Shown: positions 55,001-64,000 of the stretch, piece after piece | Numbering within the stretch: position 1 is the first letter of the stretch | How the letters are laid out: each line of letters starts with the position of its first letter | Source: the human T2T-CHM13v2.0 reference genome, Homo sapiens | Assembly (NCBI RefSeq): GCF_009914755.1 | Contig: NC_060928.1 | Length of the DNA stretch: 64,000 nt | Strand: one strand, 5' to 3' | Made by a program: the position numbers and the translations under genes | The notes under the pieces: model-generated | Told to the model about the DNA's origin: nothing | Database searches by the model: none | What the model saw: the letters and a program-made list of their open reading frames with translations, nothing else

Positions 55001-58000
55001 GTGTACAGTGACTCAAGTCAGAAATAGAATTATGTTCTTGGTTACCTTGGATTTAAGGCCAGGATGTTTTCAAGCCACGCTATGTCCAGTGACTTACATG
55101 TGTGGTTCACGTTTGAAGCATTATCTTAAGGTTGTTCTTGTTGTTGTTGTTTTTTTCTCCATGTCTTTTGTAAATTAATGGAGCAGTTTCAAACCCCTAA
55201 AATGTGTATTTAGCAGGGAGGTGAAAAGACCTTGGGCTACCAGATGTTCTTTTATTTTGGAGCAGTTAAATGAAGTAGGGAAGCATATATATTATCTGGG
55301 ATATGAAGAACAAGTGAAGGCATTGCAGCTGCTTGTTAGCTAGCTGTGTGAATGCCAGAGAAGAGTATACCTAAGGCCAAATGGCCTAGTAAGTGCTGAT
55401 CCCCACTGTTTTGTTAGAACAAATTTAATCTGTTATAGAGTTAGTATAAGTATAATTTAATCCACTTATCACATAGCATCTGATGCCTCTGTGCTTGTGG
55501 CTTGGCGCTCTACCTGTATAAATCCAGGCAGGACACCCACGGTCTCACCTACTGGAGTTTACAATCTAAAGGACAACAGATTATACACTAAGATGAATAA
55601 AGAGCAGACAACACATTGGAAACTATAACAAACAGATAAACACTGATAAAGAGTAGATTTTTATATAAGCACAGAATTAAGAACTTACTTGCTGTTCTTG
55701 TGCTTGGAGTGACTAAGGGCCGGATTGTGATTTACTCTTCCCTCACATGGAGGGAAATTACACAGAAGTGCTTCCTCCGCTCCCACTAATAAGTCTCCAG
55801 ATGCAAGTATTTCTAATGAGATTTGTTCTGAGGTAGGGTGGATAATATTTTGGAAAAAAACAGTTTTGTTCTAGTACACTCAACATTTTTAATGCCAATA
55901 ATATAAAACATGACATATAAATAGCAGTTTTGATTTCTTTTGACTACTTTCTAAAAGAAAGTCTTTCTGTAGATTTTTCTTGCTTGCTGCCTTGGATCTA
56001 TTGGCACACTCCTTACATCATATCTCCTTGTCCTGAAAGATACTATGCACTGGTTAGTGATTTTTTCAGAGGTGAAGAAGGGAACCCTTCCTTTGAATGC
56101 AGTGAGTTCTATTAAGAGCACTTGGAACACAGATTGAGGAAGCCATTGATTTAGCCCTGCCTCATGTACCATGTTGATGGGAGACCCAACAAGACTCCAT
56201 TTCTCTGATCCTCAGCTTTGTCATTTGTAAAGTGACAGCATCAGACCTATGTAACAAAGTTGTGGTAAGGAAGTAATGAGCTTGAAAATCTTTTGAAAAG
56301 AATAACATGCAATACAAACTGATTTTAAGTATTACTAAGCATCTTTTTTTAGGTCATGGAGTTCAGTATTATTCCTGTTGAGGCTTTACGAAAATGGAAC
56401 CATTTTTCAGAGGCTGTTTTCTTTCTGTAGATGAGAGTTGAGACAGTGCTGAATTGAACTGTTTTCACTTGCGTATTAGTTTTTTAACCTTGATGTAGTC
56501 ATTCATGAAACAGAGACCTTAAGTTTTCAGAGGGGTCTTAAAGATGTTCAGCGGACACTCACTCAAACCTGGTAGAGGTGACGGGGTGTCAGAAAGATTC
56601 TTAGAAATATGGTGTGTTTGTTTTTTCAAAGTTATTTGCAAGTTTTTATTATTAAGAATAAAATTGCATTTAGCCAAAAAAGGAAATTGGTTAAGCAAAA
56701 TGATATAGTCACACAATGGATGACATTCTATAGCATCCAAATCATAATTTTATACACAGACACACAAAACAAAAGAAAAATGTTCTCAATAGAAGAAGTA
56801 AAAGCAACTCTAATAGCCTGACTTCACCACTGTGCAATCTATGCATGTAACAAAATTACACTTATACCCCATAAATTTATATAAATTTTAAAAAGTAAAA
56901 GCAAGTTATAAATTTATGTGAAAAACATTTAAAAATAGGAGCGATTATGCATGTGCAGAATAGGCCAGCAACACTCTACACCAACATATTATAACAGTGG
57001 TTGCCAAGAGGTAGGTGAAAATTTTATTTTAATTTTTTGTGTTTTATTCTTGTTGGTATTTTTGGATTTTGCTCTAATGAATTTGTGTTACTTTTGTGAT
57101 TTGGATTATTTTAAACCTAAATATTCTAGATTATTTAACTATTAGATTATTTAACTATTTAAGATAACTTAAATAGCATTTAGCATATTCTACACTGTGA
57201 GGGAATAGAGTAAGGATAATGTTTATGGAGAAATCTGATTTGAATAAATTTCATAGAATCTTTCTTCTTCATCAAAATAACTGTTAGCTCCTATTATTAA
57301 AAGTAATATGTTTGTTATGAGGTTTAATGTATTTAAAATCTAAACTCATTATAAACCTCAGAGGCTAAGTTAATTGGCAGTGTCAATAATGATAGGAGAT
57401 ATGTATGTGCAAAATGTTTACTAGTTTGACAGGGTCGCTACTTCACCTGAGCTTCAGAGCCCAGTGTAGTCTTCCTGGGGGCTCAGAGTACAGTTAGGAG
57501 CTGCATGCAGCTCAAGCTTTATTTGAAATATGTTTAGAAAAGACTGACACAGCCCTTTGGATTTTGAGGGAATGTGGATAAGAGGCCTGGATTAGATGTT
57601 TTAAAAGCTAAAACATGTAGTTATAATTTTAAGTCCTGAAATTTGAATTTGTTGTATTATGCATTATTATTTGATTTAGTAGGTGGTACTAAGAGATGGA
57701 CGGAGGCATGTGGTCTTTTAATGCATGGAGTATATAGCTCCAAAAAGAGCATTGGTTTTTGTTGTTGCTTTAGGTTGTGTTTCTCGTGGTTTGCCTGTAA
57801 GGTCAGCCTAAGGAAGCTACTTTGCCGTTGTGTTTCCTTGGAAAAGGAAGCTGTAAAAGATTGTCCTTGCCGTCATGAAATACTTTGGCTGCCAGCATGA
57901 ACTCCTGGTGTGTGAATCTGATTTGGGAACTGGTAATGTGCTTTATTTCTCCAGCCACTGTTTTTCTTGGTGTGGGTGAAAAGGAACAAATGTTTTGTAC

Positions 58001-60996
58001 TGATTGTACAAGCCCCTTGCTTAGTGTGAATTGTTAGGCCTGGACTATGAGATCATATACTTGGCTGTAAAAGTAAGTCTTTCCTTTGGATGTAAGAGTG
58101 CTGAAATATTTGGTGAGTTCCTACTTACCAAGCATTCTTTATCTCAGATTTATGAAAAATGATTATTATGTAAAAAAAGGAAAAACAGGATGGACTTTTC
58201 CAGCTAACTGGGCATGTAACAGTGATTTCCCTCAACCCCACCCCATCTGTAAATGGAACATCCATGACTCACTACTCATGGCCACACAGACACTTTTGTA
58301 ACCAGTGCTTGAATGGGAGGGTGGGATGGGGATGGAAGGAGATGGGCTGGCACCCCACTTGTGTTCAGCCAGAATCTGTCCAGCTGCCTTTATAATGGAC
58401 TTCTGAAAAGGACAATGTGCCTTCTCATGCATCATGCTACATATTTTTTTTTCCTTATTGCACTTTCTGTTTGTGCCAGAATAATACAATATATTAAGTG
58501 CAATAAAATGTAGCCATTAATACTATAATGTTGTGGATAAATGTTGTATAGCAGAGTACTCTTTCTGTTATATAAGATTTTAGTATTAGCATGAGTTTGG
58601 ATCCCCGATTATCATATTTCTGTCTCCTGAACTGTGTGCCTTCATTTCTAGGAATTATTTTTCTAGTTATTTGTCCCTGTAAACTTGTTTAATTTGTAGA
58701 TTATACTTTAGAATTTGTGTCCATCATAGTGCTATAAGAGATTTATATATTGGTTTATGAAGATGATTTTATTACCACACCTAAGACTTTTTAATCATAA
58801 ATAAGAGATTTCTGTATTTGATATATATCTTTAAATAAATGATTGGTGTTTGGTTATGTGCTGATGTCTAGTTGAAAATGACAACCAATTCATGCAGGGT
58901 GTCTAAGTGAGAATGAACACTGAGGCAGTAGGAATTCATCCCAAAAGCTGAGGGGGGCTAATTAAGAACCTACATATCTGGTGGGGACCTCAGCCTGATT
59001 CCCAGTAAGGATAGTTGCATGTTGTCATAGCAACTCTTTCTTCACAAGTTGAAGACAAGTTAGACGTTAACCTGCACATTCCTCAAGAGATGAAACAGGT
59101 GTTGATTTAGGATGTGTTAGGAAGCAGCAGCAAATTCACCAGTTCAATTGATTCTGGCTTTAACACCTTATAAATACTTCAGACTGCCAACTCTCTCTCT
59201 GATATGCCTGGAAAATTGGACATTTTTTGTCTTATAGTCAAAACCTTTGGGGTTATGGGGGGAAAAGTATGTTATCATTCATTTCTTCATTAGCTATCCT
59301 CATTTACTCAAGTTCTTTTATAAAATATGATTTAAAGATAGTTACAAAAATACCTTTTAAATTCAATGCCACAAAGTCTTTTAAAGCATACATTTGAAAT
59401 AACTGTAAATGAAACAAGAAAACGTACATGTGATAGTTACAGCATGGCTGTGAGAGTTCGTCTAAATCCTAGCCTTGCCATTGTGTCTCTGCTTTTAATG
59501 CAGTGCTTGGCAGGAAGTTGGCGTTTAATAAATACCTGTTGAATGAATGAATGAATTCAAGAGTTTTGAACACTGATGATCCTTAAAGAGTCTCTAGTAT
59601 TCCAGAATCTGATCTCTTGAAATATTTCTTGATGTTTCTAGCATGCGTTGTGACATTTTAGAAAATGAATCTTGTTACAGACAACTCAAAGAAATTTCCT
59701 CCTTTTTGTCAATATTAGTGAATTATTTTCCTGGTATCAAAATGATAGGGTAAAAGTGCTCTAACAGTTGATTGACCTGCACCCCCACCTCCCTAAAAAA
59801 ACCTTTAAGAAGACACTTGCCTAAGTAATATATCAGAGATCCAGTTATGAAATCCCACAGCTGTCAGAAATGACCTACTGAAAAATGATTTAAATATTTA
59901 TGAAGCTATGAAATTGTTAGCTGTGGGTTGATGATGTAGAACTCTTCTCTATATACTTTTCAGATTCATTTGAATTCTTGTATGGCTTGGTAAAACTGAA
60001 ATACATTATGGAATGAAATGAGCAAATTGGTTCTCTCAAATTTAAGATAATAGTACACTTAATTGTGAAAACAATATTGATATTCTGAACCCTGCGAAGA
60101 CTATATTTGCATGTTAAATGAAGTAAGCACTTTAGAAAAAAGATGGAATCATCTCTGCTTTCCATGTATGATTTTTCCATTTGAGAAACTAATTTAGAAA
60201 TGGATTTGCGAATCTGACATGTTCTTTAAAAAGAATGTGCCAGACTAACATATCATTAATGGTGGCCTACCCTGTGTGAGGAGGTGAGCCATGAGTAAAC
60301 ATTTTCTCCAAGCATATCAGGCAATGACTGTTTGCTTTAGAATGGTACATTGAGTAAGTTAGTTGCTAGGGCAGAAGGGGGCGGCCGGAACTACTGGCCC
60401 TGCCCTACCCAGAGGGCAGAGATGGACCCCTGGTAGCCACTTGGTGCTGAGTGCACAGGCTCCACGGAAGACCATGTGGACGCTGGTAACTGGCCCTGCA
60501 GTGGGGTTGCCATATATTGCTTAGTGCCATGTGTACCTGAGAAATTGCTTATACATGAAATTATGATTTTATTTTAAGATTTTTTCAAACATATCTGGTT
60601 AAAAGTTCATATAAAATATGTTGAAATGTAAGCCTTTTCACACCCCAATCCCCCTTCCCAAAGGCTACCATTGCTGTACCAGTTTCTTTCGTATCCTTTT
60701 GGAAATACTCTATGCAAATACAGGAAAAAAAATTCTTTCCCTCAGACAGAGTGGTAGTTGCTGCCTACACTGTTCATCATTTTGCTAAAAGTTGCTTTGT
60801 ATTCCTTTGAATAAATTCATGTATAACACTTAACCCAGTAGTTCTCAAGTCTGGTCAGACACTAAAGTCACCTAGAGAGCTTTAAATGTCCAGACTGCTT
60901 CTCAGAGATCTTGATTTAATAGATCTGGGCTGGGGCTTTATGTTTGTCTTCATGAAACTCTCCTTGGGTAATTTGCATATGCAGCCAAGCACACTA

Positions 60997-61542
60997 CAAT
61001 AGTCTTCCCTTATCTGAGGTTTCACTTTCTGCTGTCAACCTCAGTCTGACAATATTAAATCAAAAATTCAAGAAATGGAGCAACTCTGGGTGCACTGCCT
61101 GTGAGTTAGCTCTGCTCTGCAAGGAGCAGTACCATTTAAAAAAGAAGAAAGAAGATTCCAGAAATAAACAATTCCTAAGTTTTGAATTGCACACCATTCT
61201 GAGTAGCACAATGGAATCTCCACTGTCACTTCATCTTATCATATAGGCATTTGTCATCTCACATCATCTCAAGGAGAAGGAGGGTGACTATAGTATGATG
61301 AGATATTTCCTGAGAAAGAGATCACGTTCGCATAACTATGATTATAGTATATTATAATTGTTCTATTTTTATTATTAGTTATTGTTGTTAATCTCTTACT
61401 GTGCCTAATTTATAAATTAAACTTTATCATAGGTATGTATGGGAAAAAACATAGTATATACAGGGTTTGGCATTAAGCACTGTTTCAGGCATCCACTGGA
61501 AGTCTTGAAAGGTATCGCCTGTGGATAAGAGGGCACTACTGT
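60997..61542 (+). mobile_element. MER44/Tigger7-type DNA transposon fossil
   Basis: TIR-like caatagtcttcccttatc...ggataagagggcactactg flanked by TA. Confidence 0.82.
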
Positions 61543-62300
61543 AATTTTACCAGTCCTCTACTGATGGAGTATTTACTTTCAGGCTTTATTGTTAGAAATG
61601 GTGAACTTCCTGGTTGAAAGATTCTTATGCCATAAGCTCAAGTATATTTCCAGGATGAGAACCCAGGTTGGAATTTCTGCCAAACCGCACTCCAGAGAGG
61701 TTGCACCTGTTTATACGCCTACTAACAGCATATGATAGCGGCTGTTTAGTGGAGATGATTTAAAGTACCCTGAAGAAATAGCAGTGGTAGGGTGGTGGGG
61801 AAACTTGGACCCTAGCTCATTCTTAGTAGTTGTTGATCACTTGTCTAGTTCAACATGTGTGCAGATTGTTAAACTCTTTTACAGCTCAATTTGGCTGTGC
61901 TTTCCAGACTTAAAAATGCTCATACTTTTTTGACTCAGTAACTTAAGAGAAAAAACTTTTGTGCATGAAAATGTTTAAAAAAACAAATGTTTGTGCACAA
62001 AGATGTTCTTTATATATTATCATTATAATGTTAAATAAAAGGATCTTAACAATTGTCCAGCAGCAGGGAAGTATCTAAATTGTTATGTCAGCTTTGTAGG
62101 ATAGTAATATAATAGTTAAATGATTATGAAGACAGTGTTAATATAAAATGTTTATGTTAAATGAAAACAACCAGCAACAGTTGGTATCTACAAGATGAAT
62201 ATATTAGTAAAATATGCAAATGTATGACCAAGAACTAGAAAGAAAAACAGAAAAATAATAAAGAACAGTTGACATTATGGGGTGATGAGATTGTGGGTAA

Positions 62301-63883
<1,583 letters not shown>

Positions 63884-64000
63884 TTAATAATACAAAACAG
63901 TAGTTCAGGACCAAGTCTCTAAAGTCCTATTAAGATGAAAGGAAGGAGTGAGGGAGGGCTCTTTAATCTGGGCTAGTTAGGGAGGCTTTATGGAGGAGAT

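Noticed and set aside
57127-57160. 16-bp tandem duplication tagattatttaactat
   Set aside because: Ordinary AT-rich slippage event with no further structure.

Overview
Primate genomic DNA, almost certainly human (near-consensus AluYa5 and two SVA elements), matching the PPID-FNIP2 interval (chr4q32 by gene identity). The left end holds PPID (cyclophilin-40) coding exons 1-3 on the minus strand with its CpG-island promoter. The right end holds the FNIP2 CpG-island promoter, coding exon 1 and about 12 kb of intron 1 on the plus strand. The ~45 kb between them is repeat-rich (Alu, L1, L2, MIR, MaLR/ERV LTRs, Tigger, piggyBac Looper, SVA). The most interesting observations are: (1) several repeat-free, splice-site-bounded, stop-interrupted exon-like blocks on the + strand (11.5-13.1, 24, 33.2 and 49.3-50.5 kb), which may be relics of a lost multi-exon gene; (2) a strong-Kozak polyproline uORF in the FNIP2 leader; (3) a perfect 4-unit heat-shock element in PPID intron 1; (4) two template-switch scars, namely a 330-bp local copy inserted into an Alu linker and a ~575-bp fold-back palindrome. 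Repeat family names are recognised by eye and need RepeatMasker/Dfam confirmation. No prokaryote-type systems such as CRISPR are present.
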